A DNA stretch of 64,000 nucleotides from Naegleria gruberi (Eukaryota): NCBI GenBank assembly GCA_000004985.1, contig GG738848.1; one strand, 5' to 3'. The notes beneath the pieces were generated by a model. The model saw only the letters and a program-made list of their open reading frames with translations. It had not been told where the DNA came from and made no database searches. The position numbers and the translations under genes were made by a program. This document shows, in pieces, positions 55,678 to 64,000 of this stretch; positions within the stretch are counted from its first letter, which is position 1, and each line of letters opens with the position of its first letter.

Positions 55678-57405
55678 TTAATAATTAAAATCAAAGGGAG
55701 GAACATCATCAAGATGATGACGAGGATTATCAGTCGAACAACAAATAATAGGAAGGAGAGCTTCAAATAGGCTTTCATCTTCATGCATCCAAGCTGGTAA
55801 TAACATTGAATCATCAACCTTCCTATCTTCCTCTTCTTCATCAAATAGGGAAATATTATGGTGTTTCAAGTAATCTTCAAACACCTGACAATCATCCAAA
55901 TGTTCATAAGGTTCCCAAGTCTCATCTGGATAACCCAACCATTGAATATGATACAAGTAGGATTTTCTAGATTGATCACTTCCCTTGAATACTTTTTCAT
56001 GGTCAACAATAACCTTGATGGTATATTCCTCTGTGGTTGGTTTGGGTTCATACTGTTGATATTCCTCTTCATCACTTTCCTCTTGTTTATCATCACCACA
56101 TTCATTGAAGAGGGCATAATTTCTCTTGATAGGTTTTCTCTTCTCTGTGAGGATTAAACTCTGGTCAAGGCAATCATCACCAAGCTTCTTCTTCATTCTC
56201 TGGCTTTGATAGTAGGGATGGTCAGCTTTGAAAGCATTGAGTGCTTGCCTTTGTCCCATTCCACAATAGACCTTGCTGTGTTTGAAATGTGAACGATGAG
56301 CAAAAAAGATGAAGGAAAATCTCTTCTGTTCATAATCATTGGAAGGCTCTTTGGATGATTGAACTGGGTTGTCTCCATCAGTGGGTTCTTGCTTTGGACA
56401 AGTATTGATAAGAGTTGGAGTATTATCATCAGCTTGAGGATTATTCAATGTTGGAGAAGAATTTTCACAAATTTTCACATCATCAACTTCAGTTTGGGAA
56501 GAATTGGCAAGTGGAAAACTTTGAGGACGAGTTGGAGAAACAGCATGACGATACTTGTTAGCTCTCAGCAAGACAACATCACCTGCTTGAATGTGGACAA
56601 GTGTTTTTGGAGTATGTTCATTCACTCGAATCAATTGAAGGGATCCACCTCCAAATTTTCCCATATAGAACATGGCAGAGATTCCCATATCATTTCTGTC
56701 ACGATGATTTGTCTTTGGACGATTGACTTTATCTGTAGACTTATATGAGCCTTGGAATTTCTCCTTGACTGATTCATTTCTTGTTGGAATCATGTTGAAA
56801 CATACAACTGGAGTTTGACCTCTTTCTGTCAATTTGGATAATTTAGCAAATAGTTTGGGATTTGCCAATTCCAAAATATGTTGAAAGGTATCATGTAAGA
56901 GAGCTTGTATCTGTTTCACTTTGGTATCAACTAGCTCAAATCGAAAGCTATCAGCACATTTGTATCCCATTGGCATATTCATTGTCCACCATCCAGAAAA
57001 GAAACTTCCCTTATCAATATCCTTTTCAGTAGCTAACCATTCACTCATCTCCCTACAAAGTTGAGTGCATTCTTCCAATAGACTTGGAGGCAATACTGAT
57101 TTCAACAAGGCCATTTCAACCATTCCTTCTTTTGTGACGATAATAGTATTTGAGGAGATTTCTTTTGGAATGGTATCATTTACACCATATACTGATAGAA
57201 TGGGTTCATTGGATTGAATATTATTTCCTTTAAGGAATTCCCATTCTTTTATCATTTTGTAAACTCTAGTTTTACCAGATTCATCTATGCTTTTCTCATT
57301 TTCCCAACACACTCTTGTTAAGGCTTGAGCTTTCAAAAATTGTTTCTTTCGTCTTCTGTGTTTGGGTTTCTTCTTGTCGTGCTGAGATACATGCAGTGGA
57401 CCCAT
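55678..57405 (-). CDS. Tet/JBP-family 2OG-Fe(II) dioxygenase with C-terminal chromodomain
   Basis: The core matches the NgTet1-type DSBH as recalled from memory: HRDRNDMGISAMFYMGKFGGGSLQL (HxD), VHIQAGDVVLLRANKYRHAV (distal His), RFSFIFFAHRS (2OG-binding Arg). A low-complexity insert sits between the last two motifs. C-terminal chromodomain EEYTIKVIVDHEKVF...YLYHIQWLGYPDETWEPYEHL. Confidence 0.8.
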   Translation of the reverse strand: MGPLHVSQHDKKKPKHRRRKKQFLKAQALTRVCWENEKSIDESGKTRVYKMIKEWEFLKGNNIQSNEPILSVYGVNDTIPKEISSNTIIVTKEGMVEMALLKSVLPPSLLEECTQLCREMSEWLATEKDIDKGSFFSGWWTMNMPMGYKCADSFRFELVDTKVKQIQALLHDTFQHILELANPKLFAKLSKLTERGQTPVVCFNMIPTRNESVKEKFQGSYKSTDKVNRPKTNHRDRNDMGISAMFYMGKFGGGSLQLIRVNEHTPKTLVHIQAGDVVLLRANKYRHAVSPTRPQSFPLANSSQTEVDDVKICENSSPTLNNPQADDNTPTLINTCPKQEPTDGDNPVQSSKEPSNDYEQKRFSFIFFAHRSHFKHSKVYCGMGQRQALNAFKADHPYYQSQRMKKKLGDDCLDQSLILTEKRKPIKRNYALFNECGDDKQEESDEEEYQQYEPKPTTEEYTIKVIVDHEKVFKGSDQSRKSYLYHIQWLGYPDETWEPYEHLDDCQVFEDYLKHHNISLFDEEEEDRKVDDSMLLPAWMHEDESLFEALLPIICCSTDNPRHHLDDVPPFDFNY

Positions 57406-57619
57406 TTTTTGTGAGAAATTATTAAAACAACCATAAATCGTTTGAATTTATTACAATCTAATGTGAAAATCTGAGGATTCTCTTTGATTCTGAAATGAAA
57501 GAGTTGATGACGGTGAGCCGCGACTTGCAGTTGTCCTCAAATTTTTTGAATTGTTTATTTAAATAAATTAATTTTATGGAATAGTTAAGAAATTAAATAT
57601 TTAATTGTTTATAATAAAA

Positions 57620-58693
57620 TTATTGAACAGGAGTGGCAATATTTGTTGGATCCAATAAAGGAGCAGCACCAGGTATGGAGAAGAGTGGCTTGGCATAACT
57701 AAATGTAAGGAAGAAGAATAATGGGATTTGGAGAATTGCCACAATGAAAATGAAATAATTTCTTTTGGCTGTATTAGTATCCAACCTTAATCTCATACTA
57801 TTGTCTGAGGAGTGAACACTAGATCTTCTCAAAGATTTAATCATGAAAGTAACCATCATAATTCCAAGGATTAATAAAGAAGGATAATAGGCATAATTTC
57901 CAAATAATAATGACAATACTAGAGTGATGATAATGCCAATATACTTGTAGCCAGAGAATGCAGCAACATCAAGTACACCCAAGCTGCTTTGAACACCCAA
58001 GGCATAAAATCCAAATTTCACAATGGCAATTTCCAAAAGTGATGTTATAAATCCTTTCATTCCGATACTGTACAACAATTCAGGTTTAAATTCCTTGTGT
58101 GCTCCCATAATAAAACAAACCAATAATACATAGGTAATATATCCCATCAATGGAATATACAAATCAGGGTCACTTAAATGACGTTCTTGAGTTTGATTTT
58201 GGTTATTATTATTGTATTCATAGCTTGTATCAAACTTTTTAAATGGGAATAAAACAAGGAGTAATTTTCTGCTCACATAACTATTAGTAACATTAAAATA
58301 ACATTTAAGTCCATCAAACCATTGCCAATATCTACTAGTCACTTCATTAGTCTTTTCTCCTACACTTCCATATAATTGATTCACTCCCATGTTGATCATA
58401 AAATCAGCTGTTGGATTTTGAAAAAGATTAGCACCAGCTGATGTATTATTACCGAAAAATCCTCCAAATAAACCACCAAAACCTGGAGCATTCATTCCTT
58501 GATTATTCATCGAACCATCCATTGCTCCCGAAGAATTATCCATCATTTGTGGGGATGAAGCTCCTCCTATACTTCTCGAACTAAATCCAGAGTCAAAGAA
58601 ATCAAGAGATTGTTGTGGTGTTGGTGAGGTTGGATCGAAAGAGCTTGGAAAGCTTCCAACATCATCGAAAAGGGCACTTCTACGATCGTTCAT
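57620..58693 (-). CDS. YIF1: YIF1 (Yip1-interacting factor) family Golgi membrane protein
   Basis: G/N/Q-rich N-terminus. WFDGLKCYFNVTNSYVSRKLLLVLFPF matches the YIF1 signature. Five TM segments. Confidence 0.7.
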   Translation of the reverse strand: MNDRRSALFDDVGSFPSSFDPTSPTPQQSLDFFDSGFSSRSIGGASSPQMMDNSSGAMDGSMNNQGMNAPGFGGLFGGFFGNNTSAGANLFQNPTADFMINMGVNQLYGSVGEKTNEVTSRYWQWFDGLKCYFNVTNSYVSRKLLLVLFPFKKFDTSYEYNNNNQNQTQERHLSDPDLYIPLMGYITYVLLVCFIMGAHKEFKPELLYSIGMKGFITSLLEIAIVKFGFYALGVQSSLGVLDVAAFSGYKYIGIIITLVLSLLFGNYAYYPSLLILGIMMVTFMIKSLRRSSVHSSDNSMRLRLDTNTAKRNYFIFIVAILQIPLFFFLTFSYAKPLFSIPGAAPLLDPTNIATPVQ

Positions 58694-58875
58694 TTTTTTT
58701 AATTATTTAATTCTTATTGACACGTATTTGCTGTATCATCTCATTAACAAATAGAAAAAGAGTAAATAATGACAACGCTTTTGGTGCATTCTAACGAAAG
58801 CGATTTTGGAAAACGATGATTATAGATAATATAAAATGATTGAATATTGTTTATTCATTAATAAAATAAACACAA

Positions 58876-58949
58876 GCAGCGATAGATCAGTTGGTTAGAT
58901 CGTAAGCCTAACACGCTTAAGGTCGCGGGTTCAAGCCCCGCTCGCTGTA
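58876..58949 (+). tRNA. tRNA-Val: tRNA-Val (AAC)
   Basis: GCAGCGATAGATCAGTTGGTTAGATCGTAAGCCTAACACGCTTAAGGTCGCGGGTTCAAGCCCCGCTCGCTGTA. Anticodon loop CTAACAC. Confidence 0.85.
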
Positions 58950-59075
58950 TCCTTTTACTATTAAATGACATCATTGATCTTTTTAGAGTGAGAAAAAGAC
59001 TTAGATGCTATAGATGTGAAATAAGATCCATGCCATCTTTTAAGAATTGAACCTTTTGAGGTACAAGGATATAAT

Positions 59076-60215
59076 TTATTGGTATGAAAGTAAACCAAAT
59101 CTTTCGTTGTTGGTACTTGCATTTGAGCTTGCAAACATTTTGATAACCAAAGGAGGGATCAATAAAACTAGTGGAATAGACAGAGTACGGAAAAGATAAC
59201 CATTCAAGAATCCATTATTTACAGTCATATCCTTCAAACTATCACTACATTCTTCATGGAGAGTGGTTGCAACACAATCCTTAACACTTGAATATTTCTT
59301 TACAAATCCTGGTTGACCATTAACTTGTAATTTTCTAGAGACTGTATCAAATGGATACAGTAAGAAATAGATTAAACTCTTAAAGAGATAACTTCTGGCA
59401 ATAAACATGAGTTTACCCTTCAAGAATTCCTTTGGTTTACCAAGAGTTTCTGTCAATTGAGAGTAGAAATTCTTCATGCCTTGTTTTGTGACATCCTTCC
59501 AAGAACCAAAGAGTTTGCCCTTTTCTTGGACAACATTTTCCACATAGGCATTCAATAAATGAGTTGGTGTTGATACAAATACAGTTCTAAATAAGAAACC
59601 TCTATAGAAAGCATGTGAAATAATTGAAAAGAAACTTGCTTGTTCACCAGAGTTTTCCAATTCTTCCTTACTATCACTATACATTTGACGAATACAATCC
59701 AATAACCCTTTGAATTGGAATGTTTGTCCACCAATAAATTTACCATCCTCTGATCTATCAGCCATATAAACAATTTCAATTAAATCCAAAGGATACATGA
59801 CAATATCTGTCAAGATTGAACTGATAGCAATCTTTAAATTATCATTTGAAACTCTTGTCAAGACATGTTTTTGCAAAATGTGTTGAACGGCAAGAGATGG
59901 AATATTCTTCACCAATGTATAAACCAAAGTCTTCCACAATGAAAACAATCCATCATCGGCAGCAATCAATGTTGGTGCACTAAACTTTTCATGGAAATAA
60001 TTCAATTTATCGTGTTCGGGAATTTTAGAACATGATTGAGTTTGCAGAATAATTTGTGTTCGATAAAGTGGATGGATCATGAGTTGTGTTGCTGCTTTAG
60101 CACTCCATGATGGAAGCAGAGCATTCCTGGCAAAGAATAAAACTCGATCACCGTATGATGATGATGGCGGAGATGGAATGATTGAATTTCCGCTTAGAAT
60201 ATCAGCCAGTGCCAT
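59076..60215 (-). CDS. Divergent mitochondrial-carrier-like (SLC25-like) protein
   Basis: The track start is TTG and the ATG is at 60215 (MALADILSG). Three degenerate Px(D/E)xx(K/R)-like repeat signatures (PLYRTQIILQ, PLDLIEIVYM, PFDTVSRKLQV). Confidence 0.45.
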   Translation of the reverse strand: MALADILSGNSIIPSPPSSSYGDRVLFFARNALLPSWSAKAATQLMIHPLYRTQIILQTQSCSKIPEHDKLNYFHEKFSAPTLIAADDGLFSLWKTLVYTLVKNIPSLAVQHILQKHVLTRVSNDNLKIAISSILTDIVMYPLDLIEIVYMADRSEDGKFIGGQTFQFKGLLDCIRQMYSDSKEELENSGEQASFFSIISHAFYRGFLFRTVFVSTPTHLLNAYVENVVQEKGKLFGSWKDVTKQGMKNFYSQLTETLGKPKEFLKGKLMFIARSYLFKSLIYFLLYPFDTVSRKLQVNGQPGFVKKYSSVKDCVATTLHEECSDSLKDMTVNNGFLNGYLFRTLSIPLVLLIPPLVIKMFASSNASTNNERFGLLSYQ

Positions 60216-60353
60216 TTTTTTTGATTGTTTTTTAATTTTAGAAAGCAATTTGAAATTGGTTTTTAAATGCAATGATTCAATTTTGATTGGGTTTTAGTGA
60301 GCTGTTGAGAGGAGTGATTGATACATTTTCAAATTAATCAATTTATGGATGGA

Positions 60354-61412
60354 TTATTGAAGATAGGGTTTGATTATTTCATTGGTGATGGAAATGAATT
60401 CGTTTTGGAGTTGTTTGTTGAATGTGAGTGAGCTTGGTTGTGCAATATGACAATCGTGGAAGTATTGGCCAGATATTCCATTCACACTCGAGGAGCAGGC
60501 AAGGTGGAGAGTGTTTTGAGATCCTTGTTCTACATTTTTGAAGAATAACAATTCAATGAGAGAAAATACAATCTTGAAGACAAGTGGCATTTGATTTGAT
60601 GACATCAAGCCAGTTCTTATCGCACCTGGATGGCAACAATTGATTGTAATATTGGCATGTTTTGATTTGCTAATTCTTTCTTCATGAAAATGGAAAGTTT
60701 GATAAATATTGCACAGCTTAGAGAGACCGTACTGCTTGTTAACCTCAAATGAAGAAAGAAGTTTTGGAAGGAAGTTAATTCTTGGTTTTCCGTTTACATA
60801 TTGCTTCATTGAATGGGTTTTTGTGGAGGATTGATAAAAATCATTCTCACTCACAAATTGATGAGCGTTGGAGGCAACAACGACAATTCTAGATCCATTT
60901 GGATTGTTTTCCATATTGCTCCACAACAGTTCAATTAACAAATGGTGAGCAATAGCATTCGAGAATACCATCTCCTCACATTCATATTTTGAATTGTATT
61001 TAATGTCACCAGAGAGGGATCCAGCATTATTAATTAAAACATCAACATGATCAACTTTTTTCAAAATTTCCACAGAGCAATCCTTAACACTTTCCAAATC
61101 ATCCAAATTCAACTTGACAAACTCAAGAGTTCCACAATTTTTAACATTTTTGCATTCGTTGAGAATGTCTCTAATCATTTGTTTGGTCTTTTCCTCGTTT
61201 CTACAGGCCAAAATTACGCGAGCTTGTTTTTTAAATAATTCTATTGCTGTAAATCGTCCAATACCATTAGAGGCACCTGTTATTACAATATTCTTGTTTT
61301 TCAAATTTTGAGGAAGAAATTCCGAAGGTGTTCTTGGTCCATTCACTACATAAATTCGGAGTAAAATATAACCAACAATAATGATGGCACCAACAAGGAG
61401 CAGTGTAAGCAT
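60354..61412 (-). CDS. Short-chain dehydrogenase/reductase (retinol-dehydrogenase-like), N-terminal membrane anchor
   Basis: TGASNGIGR Rossmann motif, NNAG, catalytic region. ATG confirmed. Confidence 0.8.
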   Translation of the reverse strand: MLTLLLVGAIIIVGYILLRIYVVNGPRTPSEFLPQNLKNKNIVITGASNGIGRFTAIELFKKQARVILACRNEEKTKQMIRDILNECKNVKNCGTLEFVKLNLDDLESVKDCSVEILKKVDHVDVLINNAGSLSGDIKYNSKYECEEMVFSNAIAHHLLIELLWSNMENNPNGSRIVVVASNAHQFVSENDFYQSSTKTHSMKQYVNGKPRINFLPKLLSSFEVNKQYGLSKLCNIYQTFHFHEERISKSKHANITINCCHPGAIRTGLMSSNQMPLVFKIVFSLIELLFFKNVEQGSQNTLHLACSSSVNGISGQYFHDCHIAQPSSLTFNKQLQNEFISITNEIIKPYLQ

Positions 61413-61460
61413 TTTTTTAGATTAATTGTAAAGTTGTCAACCAAGATGTTAATGTGAAAA

Positions 61461-62425
61461 TTATTGTTGATGACTTCCGAAGAGAGATTGTGCTCTGGTG
61501 AGTGTCTTGCTCCAAAATAAATTTCTTAATAAACTTCCTTGATTGTCTGATGAAGTGGAAGATGAATCACTTGTCTTGACTGTTGAATTTTTGTCTACAT
61601 TATGATTAGATGCAGTATCAGAAGGAGTTGCAGTAGATTCAGAAGGAGTGACATATTCTTGGCTACTTTCATATTTTGAAAGAATTTTCAATAATTGTTG
61701 AGTTGATTTTGGAGAAATCTTATTTGGAAATTGAATATTGAAATAAATGACCAAATCCCCAAATGTTTCATCCTCTGTTGGCATTCCTTCTCCTTTAACA
61801 CTTTTCAAATGAATTAGAATATTCCTTCATATGAAATCTCTTAAACTTACACATGAAAATAATCTGGAGTAATTAAATTTTGACTATTATCAATTCTAAC
61901 ATCCAACTTTTTCACACCAAATAAATCAATTTGAAAAGAAACCAATTCACTTGTCAATGCTTCTTTCAGAGTAAGAGTATGAACATATTTCAAATGCTCC
62001 TGATCAGGTCCAACTCTCTCCAATTTTAAATCCTTTTCCTTCACTGGTTCCACAATTACAACCAAATCACCAGTTGATGAATTTCTATCCTTTACCTGAT
62101 CATCAAATTCACCTTCTCCTTCAAAAACAATTCTTTTCCGATATTTAAATCCTCTGGGAATTTGTATTTCCCTCTCCACCAACATGGACATGGATTGTCC
62201 TTGAATTCTAACCTTCCGAATGAAGGTAATTAATTTGTTACAACCAAAATATAATTCCCTGAGAGTACATGGGAGAGAAACATAGATATCCAACACAGAA
62301 TTGGTTCGGAATATTGGTGATTCTTCTATTTTAAAATTCATAATATTGAATCTTTCTAAAAACAAGTATTTAATGTTTTGGCAATTTTTTTCAATTTTAA
62401 TAATTAATTTTAATAATTTAATCAA
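61461..62425 (-). CDS. DnaJ C-terminal-domain (Hsp40 substrate-binding) protein with no J domain seen, complement(join(61461..61800,61851..62425))
   Basis: DnaJ CTD I/II pattern (..GDLVVIVEPVKEKDLKLERVGPDQEHLKYVHTLTLKEALTSEL.. then ..KGEGMPTEDETFGDLVIYFNIQFP..). GTAAGT donor (RC of acttac 61845-61850). aaaag acceptor at 61801-61802. The 5' start is uncertain. Confidence 0.55.
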
Positions 62426-63357
62426 TTATAATATCAATTAAGAAGTTCTTGAAGGGTTTATCGCGGATATCTAAAAACTCTATTACTGAATCTAATCTCA
62501 ATCATTTTCCATCAACCACTTTAACAAGGTTTCCAAAACCTGAACGTATATCAGAAACTTACCTTAAATGGGTCAATCCAGCTTTCCTTTCTAGAAATAG
62601 TACAATAAAACAATTTCATTGACCTTTCCAATTCTGGGTTGTTAAAACGATCTCCCAAGTTCTCCTCAATTTCCAATACTTTCTCTAAATTTCCAACTTG
62701 TCCATCCTTTAATTTATCGCAATGAGTTCCTAAGATAACTATTGGAACATTTTTCACTTGCTCAATTTCCATAATTTCTTTTAAGGTTTCCTTTGCTTCC
62801 TCAAACCTATTTGTGTCTGCACAATCAACACAATAAACAATTCCACTCAAAACATTTGAATGCAAATCAGTAAGGTTATTTTTCCATTCTTTTTTTCCAC
62901 AGGTATATCCACCATAATCATAAAGATGCTTAATTCGGACATGTTCAGTTTCGATCTGTGCTTGTTCTGCATTAATCATTTTCAATAAATTTGTTTTATC
63001 ATATTCGGAATCAATTAACAATTAATTATAGAAAATTTAAGAAACTCTACCATAAACAATAGTTGGAGGATGGACAGAAATTCTGTTATTGAGCAGATAG
63101 CCAAAGATTGTTGATTTTCCTGAATTCGTTGGTCCGAGGAGGATAACATGATCGAGAAAGGAATGAGAGAGACCCATTTTTTTTAATGTTGTAAATAAGG
63201 TCCAACTGTTTACAATATATGATGTATTGAGATAGAGCTTATTCTCTAAAAGTATTCTTAGTGGTTTTTTGAATCGCCTGTTTGAACCAGATTTGTTTCT
63301 TCGTACAGGTAAGTATGAAGGACAAGTTGAAGGAGTGGCTATGAGGAAGGGCCTCAA
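62418..63357 (-). CDS. SRP receptor beta-like Arf-family GTPase; tentative complement(join(62418..62477,62563..62966,63051..63357))
   Basis: G1 ILLGPTNSGKST. Switch and G3 region IKHLYDYGG. GIVYCVDCAD. Degenerate G4 LGTHCDKL. The frame is interrupted by in-frame stops between 63037 and 63021, so an intron with a weak GTAGAG donor is proposed. GTAAGT donor at 62562 leads to a short last exon. Start codon unresolved. Confidence 0.45.
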
Positions 63358-63398
63358 CCAGTTGTATTGTCCTAACAGTTAGAGATATTCATTTCAAA

Positions 63399-63968
63399 TT
63401 AATGAATAAAATCAAGAATAATGTCATCTAATCGTCTCATTTGTAAAGCTCCATGTAAATTATGTTTAAAATCATTATTTGGAATTACAAAAAGAGGTAA
63501 ATCAAACCTGTGAGTAATAAAACACTTTCTAGGTGAATTAGCTCCTATGGCTAAACAATTCAGTAATTCCTTCATATCAGAATCATGGGATGTATTCACA
63601 ATATGATATTCATATGTTCTATTTGGATAGCTGTTGTCTTGGTTATTTATCATTACTTTCAATGTCTCTGTAATGAGAGAATTGATGATTAGTGCACAGT
63701 CTTTCTTTAATCTATTCAATTCTTTACGAATATTTGGATCTGTATTTCCTTGATATTTAACACCCAATTTTATCCTTTCCTGGAAAACATCCGGGTGAGT
63801 AAATATCAAAATTATTCTATAGCAAGTAAATTTAGAAAGTCTTTTACATTCATTGAAATAGGTATTCAAATATTGAAGATTATCATAATCAGATAACGAA
63901 AATGAGACTGCAACCACATCAGCCCAAGTGTCACAAGAAAAACAATTTGCAAAAAGCTCAAAACTCAA
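63399..63968 (-). CDS. Small GTPase-like protein, C-terminal part. N-terminus lies beyond the window end.
   Basis: Resembles the G3-G5 half of a Ras-superfamily GTPase (DYDNLQYLNTYFNE...YRIILIFTHPD...). The track M is probably not the true start. Confidence 0.35.
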   Translation of the reverse strand: MSFELFANCFSCDTWADVVAVSFSLSDYDNLQYLNTYFNECKRLSKFTCYRIILIFTHPDVFQERIKLGVKYQGNTDPNIRKELNRLKKDCALIINSLITETLKVMINNQDNSYPNRTYEYHIVNTSHDSDMKELLNCLAIGANSPRKCFITHRFDLPLFVIPNNDFKHNLHGALQMRRLDDIILDFIH

Positions 63969-64000
63969 TTGATTGGTTTTGTAAGGATAATTGCTAGTTT

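Noticed and set aside
63301-63320. Plus-strand CAG|GTAAGT at 63306-63314, which looks like a splice donor
   Set aside because: No supporting plus-strand coding frame. It lies within the minus-strand SR-beta-like exon and is coincidental.
1-64000. Transposons, CRISPR arrays and prokaryotic operons
   Set aside because: I could not recognise any transposase, reverse transcriptase or integrase among the ORFs. No long terminal or inverted repeats were noticed. Gene structure (introns, Pol III genes, poly-Q/N proteins) is eukaryotic.

Overview
AT-rich (~30% GC), gene-dense eukaryotic nuclear DNA with no prokaryotic features. Introns are few and short (40-100 nt, one of 254 nt), GT-AG, with donors GTAAGT, GTATGT, GTGAGT and GTTTGT. 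The gene content includes a Tet/JBP dioxygenase whose catalytic core resembles NgTet1 as recalled from memory, plus a histidine kinase, a formin, RCC1/EGF proteins, and N/S/Q-rich low-complexity proteins. Together with the codon usage, this is most consistent with a heterolobosean amoeboflagellate (Naegleria-like). That assignment is an inference, not a search result. I call about 40 protein-coding genes, 8 tRNA genes, a 5S rRNA and a U2 snRNA. Recognisable products include ATG9, an ARL2-like GTPase, an M17 leucyl aminopeptidase, BCS1, a glutathione peroxidase, a formin, an RNB exoribonuclease, a DH-PH RhoGEF, a hybrid histidine kinase, an aldo-keto reductase, a glutathione S-transferase (GST), RPS16, YIF1, a short-chain dehydrogenase/reductase (SDR), a DnaJ C-terminal-domain protein and an SR-beta-like GTPase. 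Many leading 'M' residues in the ORF track are TTG/GTG alternative-start artefacts; where an in-frame ATG exists I moved the start to it. The most unusual structure is at 37708-38367, inside an ankyrin-kinase-PARP gene. It is an uninterrupted array of 14 canonical mini-introns of 40-50 nt, each separated from the next by exactly 3 nt. That implies 13 consecutive single-codon micro-exons, or a staged/recursive splicing array. Other points of interest are a Tet/JBP-chromodomain gene, a Pol III gene cluster at 51.5-54.4 kb, a three-copy dispersed tRNA-Met with conserved flanks, a secreted RCC1 beta-propeller/EGF protein, and a divergent RPL12 paralog.
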